Positions 19,362 through 29,271 of a DNA stretch of 64,000 bases are shown in pieces. A program made the translations under genes and the position numbers. The notes under the pieces are model-generated. The model had not been told where the DNA came from. It searched no databases and worked only from the letters and a program-made list of their open reading frames with translations. Source of the DNA: Candidatus Heimdallarchaeum aukensis (GTDB taxonomy: Archaea; Asgardarchaeota; Heimdallarchaeia; Heimdallarchaeales; Heimdallarchaeaceae); contig CP084166.1 of NCBI GenBank assembly GCA_021513695.1, positions 3,017,794 through 3,081,793 on the forward strand. The letters are read 5' to 3'. Position 1 is the stretch's first letter; every line of letters begins with the position of its first letter.

Positions 19362-20594
19362 CTACTTTAAAACAACAACTACTTGTTCATCTATATCTTC
19401 ATTTATGTTCTCTTCGTTTTGTTCGATTCCATTTTTCTCTTGATTACCTTTTTGTGTGTTGATGTATTGTCTGTTTTTCCATTGGATAGGTTTTCCTAGA
19501 ATTCCTTGAACGATAGAAGTGATTATTATAAAAACTGTAATAGTCATTCCTAAAGGATGGAAAATGTAGAAAAATAAACTACCATCTCCTCTCTTGTGCC
19601 AATAACTGAAATAGCTTGCTGAAAAACCAAAGTACAATCCTAAATTGAATAAAAGATCTATTGACCAAGCTGGATTATCAACAATGGTTTGCACAACAAA
19701 ATATGCTGAAATAAAACTATACACTATCCATAATACAATAAAGAAAATTCTCCAAACAGGAAAGTTAAGTAAACCTTCAAAAATTACCTTCCTAAAACCC
19801 TTATAAAAAGACAAAAAACTATCAGGATACATTCTGGTTGAAACAAGTTTGTTAGGTTCTAGAAAATAGATTTTTTGACCGAACTCTTTCACTCTTTTAG
19901 CGAGAGCAATATCTTCAATTATTGAGCCTTTTACAGCTTCATGTCCTCCAATGCTTTCATAACCTTTTCTTGTAAAAAGAAGATATTGACCAATTGCCAT
20001 ATATGCACTTTTATTGTTTTTATCTATGATAGCCTTCATAGGCCCTCCAACAAAATAACTCAAAAAGAAGTAGTATCCCACCATATATTCATACCATTTT
20101 TTCGCCTTTTGGTAAGGGAGCATAGAAACAAGAGTAGATTCAGAACCTAAAAGTTGGAAAATATTTATTTTTAATGAGCGTTCTTCATGAAATGTATCAG
20201 CATCAGTGAATAATAAAATATCTCCTTTTGATTCTTTGTAACCTAAATAACATCCATAGCTTTTCCCTAACCACCCTCTGGGGACTTCAGAATCAACAAT
20301 AACTACATCTGCATACTCATTTGCAATTTGTACTGTGGCATCTTTTGATCCCCCATCAGATACAATAATTTCGATTTTTTCTTTTGGATAGTCCAAATTT
20401 TTTAAACTTTCTAAACAATTTTTGATGTTTCTTTCTTCATTTAGTGTGGGAATAATTATGCTTACTTTAGGAAGATTGGCATCTGTTACAGGTTTAAGTT
20501 GCCAACCTATAGCGCTTCCCTTTTGAATCCAGATTAGATAAAGAAAACAAATAAGAACTAATAATAAATACAGTCCATTGTACAACAATTTCAT
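19362..20594 (-). CDS. family 2 glycosyltransferase with a C-terminal multi-TM domain
   Basis: IIPTLNEE and DAD-like motifs of GT2. The C-terminal half is hydrophobic. Confidence 0.75.
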   Translation of the reverse strand: MKLLYNGLYLLLVLICFLYLIWIQKGSAIGWQLKPVTDANLPKVSIIIPTLNEERNIKNCLESLKNLDYPKEKIEIIVSDGGSKDATVQIANEYADVVIVDSEVPRGWLGKSYGCYLGYKESKGDILLFTDADTFHEERSLKINIFQLLGSESTLVSMLPYQKAKKWYEYMVGYYFFLSYFVGGPMKAIIDKNNKSAYMAIGQYLLFTRKGYESIGGHEAVKGSIIEDIALAKRVKEFGQKIYFLEPNKLVSTRMYPDSFLSFYKGFRKVIFEGLLNFPVWRIFFIVLWIVYSFISAYFVVQTIVDNPAWSIDLLFNLGLYFGFSASYFSYWHKRGDGSLFFYIFHPLGMTITVFIIITSIVQGILGKPIQWKNRQYINTQKGNQEKNGIEQNEENINEDIDEQVVVVLK

Positions 20595-20702
20595 TTATTA
20601 TCTTCCCGTTTCAAAGAAAATACAGTTGTATTTATTTTTTCCTACAAAATGCATAAGTGCAGATATAAAAAAATTCAAATTTTGTGTTTAATTTTGAACA
20701 TA

Positions 20703-21341
20703 ATGCTAATAATTTTTGATTTAGATGGAACATTAGTTCAGAGTAATATTCTTTACTCTACAATAAAAAGTGAACTTAAAGACTTGCTAAAAAGTATAAT
20801 TGGTGAAGAATTATATTCTGAATTTGTTTCAATTCCAAGGTCAATTTTAGAAATATTAACCTTTATCTCAAAACATGATAATTCTGGCTTTTACAGCAAA
20901 AAAGCATGGGAGATAGTAGAAAAATACGAGATTAAAGGATATGAACATGCTACGATTCATGATGATGTTCTACCTACATTGAAGATTCTTAAAGAAAAGG
21001 GAGCAACTATTGCTATTTTAACAAATAATTCAAAGAAATTAACAGACTTTGCGATGAAACAGTTTAATTTGAATAAGTACATTGATTATGTTGTAACTAG
21101 AGACGATGTTGAAAAGGTTAAACCTGATCCTGAGGGCATTTATAAAATAATGAAAAAATTCAACAAAGATAAAGAAGAAACTCTTTTTATAGGCGACTCA
21201 TGGTTAGATGCTGAGTCTGCTTTTAATGCAGGAGTAAAGTTTGCTTACTTTGGAAAAGCAAATGAGGAGACAAGAGAAAAAAAGATACCAGCTAAAATTG
21301 AAATAAACTCTATTAGTGAAGTCTTAAATTTAAGTTTTTGA
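20703..21341 (+). CDS. HAD-superfamily hydrolase
   Basis: MLIIFDLDGTL motif I right at the chosen internal start. The ORF is open from 20649. GDS..D motif IV. Confidence 0.7.
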   Translation: MLIIFDLDGTLVQSNILYSTIKSELKDLLKSIIGEELYSEFVSIPRSILEILTFISKHDNSGFYSKKAWEIVEKYEIKGYEHATIHDDVLPTLKILKEKGATIAILTNNSKKLTDFAMKQFNLNKYIDYVVTRDDVEKVKPDPEGIYKIMKKFNKDKEETLFIGDSWLDAESAFNAGVKFAYFGKANEETREKKIPAKIEINSISEVLNLSF

Positions 21342-21390
21342 ACTTTTGACTATCCTTTTAAAAACAAATAAATAGTACTTTGAGATTAGT

Positions 21391-23199
21391 TTGTTGATTG
21401 AAATGAAACTTAGATTAATGTTTAGAGGAATTCTAACACTTACATTTTTGTGGGGATTAGTATTCGGATTAGTTTTAGCTATTGAAGCAGTTGTATATCT
21501 TTCAACAGATGGTTCAGTTACAGCTGCAGTATTATTCACTTATCTCCCAGTTGTAATCACTCTAGGAATTGTTTTTCTGCAATTTTTACTTTCACCATTC
21601 TTTATGGATTTGAACCTTCGTTGGTTATATAAAATGACTTGGATTAAGCCACAACAGCTTCCTCCCCATTTGGCCAAATTCATTGCTGAACAAGAAGCAA
21701 AACACGGTATATCAATCAAAAAGGTTGGAATGATTCATGACCAAAATCCCCAAGCTTTTACATATGGCCATTTCAAAAAGAATGCTCGTATAGTTCTTTC
21801 TGATGGAATACTAAATCTTCTTACTCCAGAAGAACAAGTTGCAGTAGTTGGGCATGAACTTGGACATATTGCTCACATGGATTTCTTATTCATGACAATA
21901 GCTGCTGCTGCTCCTGTTATTCTCTACACTTTTTATGCTTTTTCAAGAGGAGTTCTAAGAACAATGCGATATACTTCTAAAAGTGGAGGAAAAGATTCAG
22001 GAAAAACTGCTGCAGCTATAGGTCTCACAGCTTTTGTTTTTATGATTATAAGCTATTTGTTTTATATCATTAGTCAATTCTTAGTTCTCTTTTTAAGCAG
22101 AATACGTGAATACTATGCAGATAGTTTTTCCGCTGAAAACACTGAGAATCCTAAAGGTTTGTCGACAGCTTTAGTTAAAATAGCTTATGGAATGGTTCAA
22201 AGTCAAGCTGCCTATGCAGCACAAATGAATGACAAATCTGCTTCAATGAAGGGTAGAGTTAAAGCTTCTCAACGTTTTGGTTTTACAAACGCTGTTCGCA
22301 GTATGAATATCTTTGATGTCAAAGCAGCTCAAGGTTTAGTCATGTCTGCTTATGCTCAAACAGCTACTGCTGAAATAGAACCTGAGATGGTTGTTCGTGC
22401 TGCAGCTTGGGATTTAGAAAGTCCATGGGCTACTTTTCTTGAACTTCAAAGTACACATCCACTTGCAGCTAAAAGGTTACTGGCATTGGACGACATTGCT
22501 GAAGAAATGGGATTAAAACGCGCTTATCCAACTTTAGGAACTGATAAGATTCATGAAACTCTCTGGGATGAATTCTTAGTAGATGTATTTGTTTATTATG
22601 TTGTTCCTTCTTTATTGTTTATTCTTCCAGCATTAGGTTATCTAGTTATTATTGCTGAGATTAATCCACTTATTGGTGTAGGAGGAGGATTAGCTTTAGC
22701 TGCATTGTTGTGGTTATGGAGAATTAAAATTCGATATCCAAGAATCTCTCCTGATCTACTTCCAATTAACATTATGGATGCTGTTACAGATGTTTCCGAT
22801 AATGGATATGCCGAGGCATCACCCGTCAGAGGAAAACCAATTAAACTTGAAGGTTTAATAATCGGAAGAGGACAAGCAGGTTACTACTTCAGTGAAGATA
22901 TGGTTCTACAAGATTCAACAGGAATTATTACTTTAGATTACAATCCGGTCTTCAATTTCATGAGATGGATAACAGCTTTGTTCCGTGTTGAAAAGTTGAT
23001 TGGAACTAGAGTAGTAGTTTTAGGTTGGTACAGACGTTCACCAAAGCCATATGTGATGATAAAAAAGATGATCAAACCTGATGGAAGATCGATAGGTAGC
23101 AATTGGGATATAGCTAACTGGATGCTTGTTTTTGCTCTCCTTATAGGTGCAGTAATTTTTGCAGTTTTTGGTTTTGGAATGCCAGTTTTAGGTTTATGA
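21391..23199 (+). CDS. M48-family zinc metallopeptidase (HtpX-like) with a long C-terminal extension
   Basis: HELGHIAHMD (HExxH) flanked by TM helices, length 602 aa. Confidence 0.75.
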   Translation: MLIEMKLRLMFRGILTLTFLWGLVFGLVLAIEAVVYLSTDGSVTAAVLFTYLPVVITLGIVFLQFLLSPFFMDLNLRWLYKMTWIKPQQLPPHLAKFIAEQEAKHGISIKKVGMIHDQNPQAFTYGHFKKNARIVLSDGILNLLTPEEQVAVVGHELGHIAHMDFLFMTIAAAAPVILYTFYAFSRGVLRTMRYTSKSGGKDSGKTAAAIGLTAFVFMIISYLFYIISQFLVLFLSRIREYYADSFSAENTENPKGLSTALVKIAYGMVQSQAAYAAQMNDKSASMKGRVKASQRFGFTNAVRSMNIFDVKAAQGLVMSAYAQTATAEIEPEMVVRAAAWDLESPWATFLELQSTHPLAAKRLLALDDIAEEMGLKRAYPTLGTDKIHETLWDEFLVDVFVYYVVPSLLFILPALGYLVIIAEINPLIGVGGGLALAALLWLWRIKIRYPRISPDLLPINIMDAVTDVSDNGYAEASPVRGKPIKLEGLIIGRGQAGYYFSEDMVLQDSTGIITLDYNPVFNFMRWITALFRVEKLIGTRVVVLGWYRRSPKPYVMIKKMIKPDGRSIGSNWDIANWMLVFALLIGAVIFAVFGFGMPVLGL

Positions 23200-23329
23200 A
23201 TAATATAATCCTCTTTTTTTTTATTTTCTTTTTTTTGAAGTTTTTAAAGAATAATCAAATTAAGTTAGCACAAATAACAGCAAAGTTAAATATGACTACC
23301 TTTGAGAATAAAGTAAGATTGGTGAGATT

Positions 23330-24286
23330 ATGTCTGAGGATGAACAAAAAACTCAAGTTGAAGAAGAGAAAACTGAGGTAAAAGAAGAAAAAGAAGAAAC
23401 TCCCTTGGAAATGTACCAAAAAGCTGGAAAAGTAGCTCACGAAATTCTTCAAACACTTAAAGATATGGCTAAACCCGGAGTTAAAGCTCTAGATTTAAGT
23501 GAAAAAGCAGATGCAATGATAGCTGAAGCAGGAATGAAACCTGCATTTCCTCTAAATATAGCAATAAACAATCATGCTGCTCATTACACTTGTCCTTGGG
23601 AAGATGATTTGATTCTTCAAGAGGGAGATGTAGTAAAAATTGATGTTGGTGTTCATTATAAAGGTTTTATTGCAGATACAGCTTTAACTGTTGCTTTTGA
23701 TGATGTCCATAATGATTTAATTAAAGCAAGTAAAGAAGCAACTGAAACAGCCGTAAAAGTTATACGTGTAGGAAATTATACTGGTAAATTAGGAGATCTA
23801 ATTGAAAATATTATTGAAGGATACGGCTTCTCAACAGTAAAAGACTTGTCAGGCCATTTGCTTATGCCTTATCTTGTTCATGGTCCAAAAACTATTCCAA
23901 ATGTAAGTGGAAGAAAAGGTAACTTGATTTTACAAGATGAAGCTTATGCTATTGAAACCTTCGCAACAACAGGTGCAGGAGAATCAAAACCAGATAAAAC
24001 AAAGTTATATATTGTAAGGTTAGCAGAAGGAAGATTTCCACTAAGAACAAGAGCTGCAAAAGATGTTAGAAATCTTCTAGATAGAGAATATCATAGAATG
24101 CCTGTAGCAACAAGATGGATATATAAGGCCCTTGGTCCTGCTAAGGCAAAAATGGGTATTAGAGAATTAATTAATGTGGGAGCTTTATATCAATATCATG
24201 TGCTTTCTGATACTTCTGGATCTTTTGTATCACAGCATGAGCATACAGTTTACATGACAGAAGAAGGGCCAGTACAAACTACATAA
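23330..24286 (+). CDS. map: methionine aminopeptidase type 2-like protein (copy 1)
   Basis: Pita-bread fold motifs carrying the MetAP2 metal ligands: KIDVGVH, ADTALT, GHLL, AIETF. The acidic/lysine-rich N-terminal extension is reminiscent of eukaryotic MetAP2 and PA2G4. A GGTGA ribosome-binding site lies 5 nt upstream. Confidence 0.7.
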   Translation: MSEDEQKTQVEEEKTEVKEEKEETPLEMYQKAGKVAHEILQTLKDMAKPGVKALDLSEKADAMIAEAGMKPAFPLNIAINNHAAHYTCPWEDDLILQEGDVVKIDVGVHYKGFIADTALTVAFDDVHNDLIKASKEATETAVKVIRVGNYTGKLGDLIENIIEGYGFSTVKDLSGHLLMPYLVHGPKTIPNVSGRKGNLILQDEAYAIETFATTGAGESKPDKTKLYIVRLAEGRFPLRTRAAKDVRNLLDREYHRMPVATRWIYKALGPAKAKMGIRELINVGALYQYHVLSDTSGSFVSQHEHTVYMTEEGPVQTT

Positions 24287-24416
24287 TCCTTTTTTTATTT
24301 TACTGTTTATTTTTTGTTTTGAGAATAGTAATTTTGTATTTTCATTTAAAAAAATCATTTTTTAAGAACAATAAATCTTTAATATTGAAAAGTTGTAAAT
24401 GAATGTGTTGATATAA

Positions 24417-25639
24417 TTGACTTTACAGACAAGTGAATTCAAATTTATAATGTATGAACCATGTTTTAATAATTACGATATTGTGTATAACGAATATATG
24501 CTGGCTTATGAAGAATTTAAGAAACTAGGAGAAGAGATGTCAATTTTCGCGTTCTCTCTTACTTCTATGAAGGAATGCTCTATCTTATTAATGGTGACAA
24601 ATTCTTTTCTCAGAAGGAATACAAAAAAGCAAATGAAAACTATGAAGAAGCACAAAAATTAATTACTCGCTCTAGAGCATCAAGAGGAATTGAAAAAGAT
24701 ACTATCTGGCAAGAAATGGTTAAATGGATAGCATATTGCGAATCTTATACTAATCTTTCCAAGAGTTATTTAGTCAAAGATTTCTCAGAAAAAATTGAAC
24801 TATTAAAGAAAAGCAAGGCAGCAATTAAAGATTTTGTAGAAAAAAGGAAATATGATGAAAACATCATCTTGGATATCTATGCAAAAGCTAAAGAAAATTA
24901 TATCAAGTACATTTATTACATAAATTTAGCTCAAAAATATGAGAAAAACACAAGAATGCAGAAAAAAATACTCCTTAAAGCGAGAAGAAAGCTACTTTTA
25001 GCTCACTTTATTCTTAATCACTATGAAGAAGAAATAGATGATTTAGACTTTAAAATTGATGAGCTAACAAAGACACACATAGTTGAAAGAGCAGAAATGT
25101 ACTGGAACAAGGGAACTTTACTAATTTCTCAAAGTGACTTTATGAGTGCACACAAATATCTTCTTCTAGCTTCTCAGTACTATGAACGAGCAAGCAAAAT
25201 ATGTTCAGAATTTATTGAATTAAGATTATATTTAGCTCTTAGTAAAATAACAGAAAGTAGCGGTCTTGAAGCAAAAGCTAATGAACTTTACAGAAGGCAG
25301 GACAAGCCCCTAGAAGCCAGTAAACTGTTTGAAGAAGCATATGAAGTTGTAGACGAATCCCTCGGTTTACTAGCTACAATTCACAATGAAGTGTTAATAA
25401 ACAATATGACTGCACAAAGATCTTATTATGAAGCTTTAGCACTCGAAGCAAAAGGTATATCCCTCTTTGACGAAGAGAAATATAAAGAATCTATAGAAAT
25501 TTTTGAACAATCAATGCAAAAATTAGAAGAAACAGAACGCTTAGTAGTCGAAGGTAGTTCAGAGCATTTACAAGAGTACATTCGCTTAGCTAAGAATGAG
25601 ATTGAAGGTTATTTATCTATGGCAAAAACTATGCTTTAG
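24417..25639 (+). pseudogene. TPR-like helical-repeat protein gene, frameshifted (copy 1)
   Basis: Two overlapping ORFs (24417..24662 and 24575..25639) together equal the intact 407-aa ORF of copy 2. Copy 1 lacks one A in the GAGAA run near 24537. Confidence 0.6.
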
Positions 25640-25697
25640 TATCAAATTTTTCTTCAATCAATAATCTTTATTTATCACAATATAAACAATAAATGCA

Positions 25698-26393
25698 ATG
25701 CTGTTTGACGATTTTGAAATAAAGGAGTACTTGGAAAATTTTTTCTCAAAGAATCTATCTGCCAAAGATTATCCTGAACCCGACACTGATCTCGATCATA
25801 AATTAGTTTGGAATTACAGTGAAAATGGAGATGCTTTTTCAGTACTTCTTGATCCAATAAATGATGCTTACGAATACTTTGGAGTTACTGTAGGTGAGAT
25901 ATTTGCTCACCATCGATTCAAACCAATTGTTTGGCACTTGTATCTTTTTGGCAATAAAATAAAGAGCTTTGAATGGATTAAATTAAAAGATGGAACTGAT
26001 TATCTTATTAATGTTGGGACTTACTCTTTTATTTCTTATATCTACGATTTTAAAAGTGGGAAAAGGTTATACAGAAACCCAATAGAAGAGATAAAATCTC
26101 AAATATATTCACTTAACCTCAAGTATGATATATCTGTAAATGATGTAAATGAATTTGTAGAATATTCTTTTATTGAAGACTACAGGTGGGGAGAAGTTTC
26201 GAGAAACGCTATAATAGCTCTTATACTAGATAATTTCAATAAAGATAAAATAAATGTTAATGTTCTAGGATTAATTAATCGTGTTTTACACGAATATTCT
26301 AATTACGAATCAGACAAACAACTACTAGAAAGAGTGAAAAAAGGAGAATCACCTTTTGAACTAGGGACTATCTTTTATAACGATTTTATATAA
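25698..26393 (+). CDS. hypothetical protein (copy 1)
   Basis: 231-aa ORF, duplicated identically at 30554..31249. Confidence 0.4.
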   Translation: MLFDDFEIKEYLENFFSKNLSAKDYPEPDTDLDHKLVWNYSENGDAFSVLLDPINDAYEYFGVTVGEIFAHHRFKPIVWHLYLFGNKIKSFEWIKLKDGTDYLINVGTYSFISYIYDFKSGKRLYRNPIEEIKSQIYSLNLKYDISVNDVNEFVEYSFIEDYRWGEVSRNAIIALILDNFNKDKINVNVLGLINRVLHEYSNYESDKQLLERVKKGESPFELGTIFYNDFI

Positions 26394-26406
26394 AAAGAGA
26401 AAAAAT

Positions 26407-26706
26407 TTAACTCATTTTAAATTCTACACCGAATCCTCCATGAGGATAGTGCCAATCAACACTTCCGTGAGGACAAACAAGCCTACATGTTCCACATTCA
26501 ACACAAGGTGCATAATCAAACGTTACAGGTACATCTCCATCTTCAACTAGTTTATAACATTCTGCAGGGCAACCATATACACAGTCATATGTCTTACATT
26601 TAGTTTTGCATATCTCCTCGTTTATGGTAATGTGAGCAAAATTTTTGTCTGTAACATACTTTGTTAATGCAAGTTTTTCTTCAATTTTTATTGGATTTTC
26701 TACCAT
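26407..26706 (-). CDS. fixX: ferredoxin-like protein FixX (copy 1)
   Basis: 99 aa. A CVECGTCRLVCP cluster. Immediately downstream of fixC. Confidence 0.75.
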   Translation of the reverse strand: MVENPIKIEEKLALTKYVTDKNFAHITINEEICKTKCKTYDCVYGCPAECYKLVEDGDVPVTFDYAPCVECGTCRLVCPHGSVDWHYPHGGFGVEFKMS

Positions 26707-26718
26707 TCTTTTCTCCTC

Positions 26719-28032
26719 CTAAATAGATCTTAAAGCAGCAAAAGCATCTCCCATGAGCTTAAACAGCTTACCTTTCTTTAGGAAGTGCTTAATAGCTGTA
26801 GGAACAATTCTTTTTCTAGGCTCTCCAGTGTTGTGTAAAAGTTGATACATCAAAGAATTAAGCAGTTCTGGATAAACATTGAAAATTCTCTCTCTCTCCA
26901 AGAACTTTGCAGCTCGTTTAAATCTCTTCAAATCTTGCAAAACAAAACTATCTCGCAATAATTTCAAATAAATCTTTGTTCCTTCTGCAGAATAATCATT
27001 TGTTGTTAAAGCTTCTTTTGCTGCTAACCCTGCTAGTCTTCCAGACTCTAAAGCAAAATTCATACCTTCTATGTACAAACCTGCGTTAAGAACCATACCA
27101 GCAGCATCACCAGCAATCATCACACCGTTCCCATATAACTTAGGCATGTGTTTGTATCCCCCTTCAGGAATAGCGTGAGCAGAGTATTCAACCATTTTAG
27201 CATCTTTAAGGAGCTTTTGGATGTAGGGGTGTTTCTTAAAATCTTCAAAAGCATCAATCGCTCTGATCTTTTTTTGTATAAGTTTTTTCATGTTTAAGAT
27301 CAATCCAAAAGAAAGTGTTTCTTTATTTGTATAGAAGAATCCTCCTCCTGGAATTCCATGAGTATAACCTAGAAACTCGTTACTTATTCCTTCATTTCCA
27401 TTAAGATGAAATCTCTCTTCAATTATTTCTTTCTTTAATTCATATGTTTCTTTCATTCCTACAGCGTAGTGTGAAGGTGAAGGCTTTTTAGCAAGTTTAG
27501 CTTTTTCTGCTAATAAAGTAACAGCTCCTTCAGCAATTATAGTGAGTTTAGCTTTTAATTCATCTTCTCCAGATTCTATTCCTATAATTTGATTATCCTT
27601 CCAAATGAAATCTTCAGCTACAGTGTTGTCGAGAATAAAAGCTCCTGCTTCTTCTGCTTTTTGGGCCAACCATCTGTCAAATTTTGGACGAATAACAGTT
27701 ACACCATTGTAAGGTGGTTCGGCAAAATCTTGTAAATCAATATCAATAGTCATTGCTCGCTTTTCAGACAAAAGAGTAATCTTTTTAGTTGTTAAATATC
27801 TCTCAATAGCATCTTCTTCCCAATAGTTAGGAACGATTTTATTTAGTACTGGGCCGTAAAGAGCTCCTCCACTTACATTTTTTGCACCAGGATACTGTCC
27901 TCTTTCAATAATAGCAACCTCTTTTCCTTCCTTTGCTAAAGTTAATGCTGCAGAAGAACCAGCTAGTCCAGCTCCAACTATAATTACATCAAAATCGTAT
28001 TCTACAGTCATAAAAAAATGTTTGATTTTCAA
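26719..28032 (-). CDS. fixC: FAD-dependent oxidoreductase FixC (ETF-quinone oxidoreductase-like), copy 1
   Basis: DVIIVGAGLAGSSAAL Rossmann motif, length 437 aa, adjacent to fixX. Confidence 0.8.
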   Translation of the reverse strand: MKIKHFFMTVEYDFDVIIVGAGLAGSSAALTLAKEGKEVAIIERGQYPGAKNVSGGALYGPVLNKIVPNYWEEDAIERYLTTKKITLLSEKRAMTIDIDLQDFAEPPYNGVTVIRPKFDRWLAQKAEEAGAFILDNTVAEDFIWKDNQIIGIESGEDELKAKLTIIAEGAVTLLAEKAKLAKKPSPSHYAVGMKETYELKKEIIEERFHLNGNEGISNEFLGYTHGIPGGGFFYTNKETLSFGLILNMKKLIQKKIRAIDAFEDFKKHPYIQKLLKDAKMVEYSAHAIPEGGYKHMPKLYGNGVMIAGDAAGMVLNAGLYIEGMNFALESGRLAGLAAKEALTTNDYSAEGTKIYLKLLRDSFVLQDLKRFKRAAKFLERERIFNVYPELLNSLMYQLLHNTGEPRKRIVPTAIKHFLKKGKLFKLMGDAFAALRSI

Positions 28033-28184
28033 TATAAAATGTTTATGTGAAAATATAAAAAAGAAAATAGAAAAGAATGAAAAATTATTTTATCTTTTTT
28101 AAAGAATAATCAAATTAAGTTAGCACAAATAACAGCAAAGTTAAATATGACTACCTTTGAGAATAAAGTAAGATTGGTGAGATT

Positions 28185-29141
28185 ATGTCTGAGGATGAAC
28201 AAAAAACTCAAGTTGAAGAAGAGAAAACTGAGGTAAAAGAAGAAAAAGAAGAAACTCCCTTGGAAATGTACCAAAAAGCTGGAAAAGTAGCTCACGAAAT
28301 TCTTCAAACACTTAAAGATATGGCTAAACCCGGAGTTAAAGCTCTAGATTTAAGTGAAAAAGCAGATGCAATGATAGCTGAAGCAGGAATGAAACCTGCA
28401 TTTCCTCTAAATATAGCAATAAACAATCATGCTGCTCATTACACTTGTCCTTGGGAAGATGATTTGATTCTTCAAGAGGGAGATGTAGTAAAAATTGATG
28501 TTGGTGTTCATTATAAAGGTTTTATTGCAGATACAGCTTTAACTGTTGCTTTTGATGATGTCCATAATGATTTAATTAAAGCAAGTAAAGAAGCAACTGA
28601 AACAGCCGTAAAAGTTATACGTGTAGGAAATTATACTGGTAAATTAGGAGATCTAATTGAAAATATTATTGAAGGATACGGCTTCTCAACAGTAAAAGAC
28701 TTGTCAGGCCATTTGCTTATGCCTTATCTTGTTCATGGTCCAAAAACTATTCCAAATGTAAGTGGAAGAAAAGGTAACTTGATTTTACAAGATGAAGCTT
28801 ATGCTATTGAAACCTTCGCAACAACAGGTGCAGGAGAATCAAAACCAGATAAAACAAAGTTATATATTGTAAGGTTAGCAGAAGGAAGATTTCCACTAAG
28901 AACAAGAGCTGCAAAAGATGTTAGAAATCTTCTAGATAGAGAATATCATAGAATGCCTGTAGCAACAAGATGGATATATAAGGCCCTTGGTCCTGCTAAG
29001 GCAAAAATGGGTATTAGAGAATTAATTAATGTGGGAGCTTTATATCAATATCATGTGCTTTCTGATACTTCTGGATCTTTTGTATCACAGCATGAGCATA
29101 CAGTTTACATGACAGAAGAAGGGCCAGTACAAACTACATAA
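28185..29141 (+). CDS. map: methionine aminopeptidase type 2-like protein (copy 2)
   Basis: Identical to 23330..24286. Confidence 0.7.
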   Translation: MSEDEQKTQVEEEKTEVKEEKEETPLEMYQKAGKVAHEILQTLKDMAKPGVKALDLSEKADAMIAEAGMKPAFPLNIAINNHAAHYTCPWEDDLILQEGDVVKIDVGVHYKGFIADTALTVAFDDVHNDLIKASKEATETAVKVIRVGNYTGKLGDLIENIIEGYGFSTVKDLSGHLLMPYLVHGPKTIPNVSGRKGNLILQDEAYAIETFATTGAGESKPDKTKLYIVRLAEGRFPLRTRAAKDVRNLLDREYHRMPVATRWIYKALGPAKAKMGIRELINVGALYQYHVLSDTSGSFVSQHEHTVYMTEEGPVQTT

Positions 29142-29271
29142 TCCTTTTTTTATTTTACTGTTTATTTTTTGTTTTGAGAATAGTAATTTTGTATTTTCAT
29201 TTAAAAAAATCATTTTTTAAGAACAATAAATCTTTAATATTGAAAAGTTGTAAATGAATGTGTTGATATAA

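Larger units (their letters stand above)
23241..28095. repeat. tandem direct repeat, copy 1 (about 4855 bp)
   Basis: Identical to 28096..32951 except for one 1-bp indel near 24537. Every ORF pair in the track is offset by 4855 or 4856 nt. The junctions fall in T-runs. Confidence 0.85.

Noticed and set aside
23255-23452. 65-aa F-rich minus-strand ORF (and its copy at 28110..28307) at the repeat start
   Set aside because: Antisense to the map-like gene start and its upstream region. Low-complexity poly-Phe translation.
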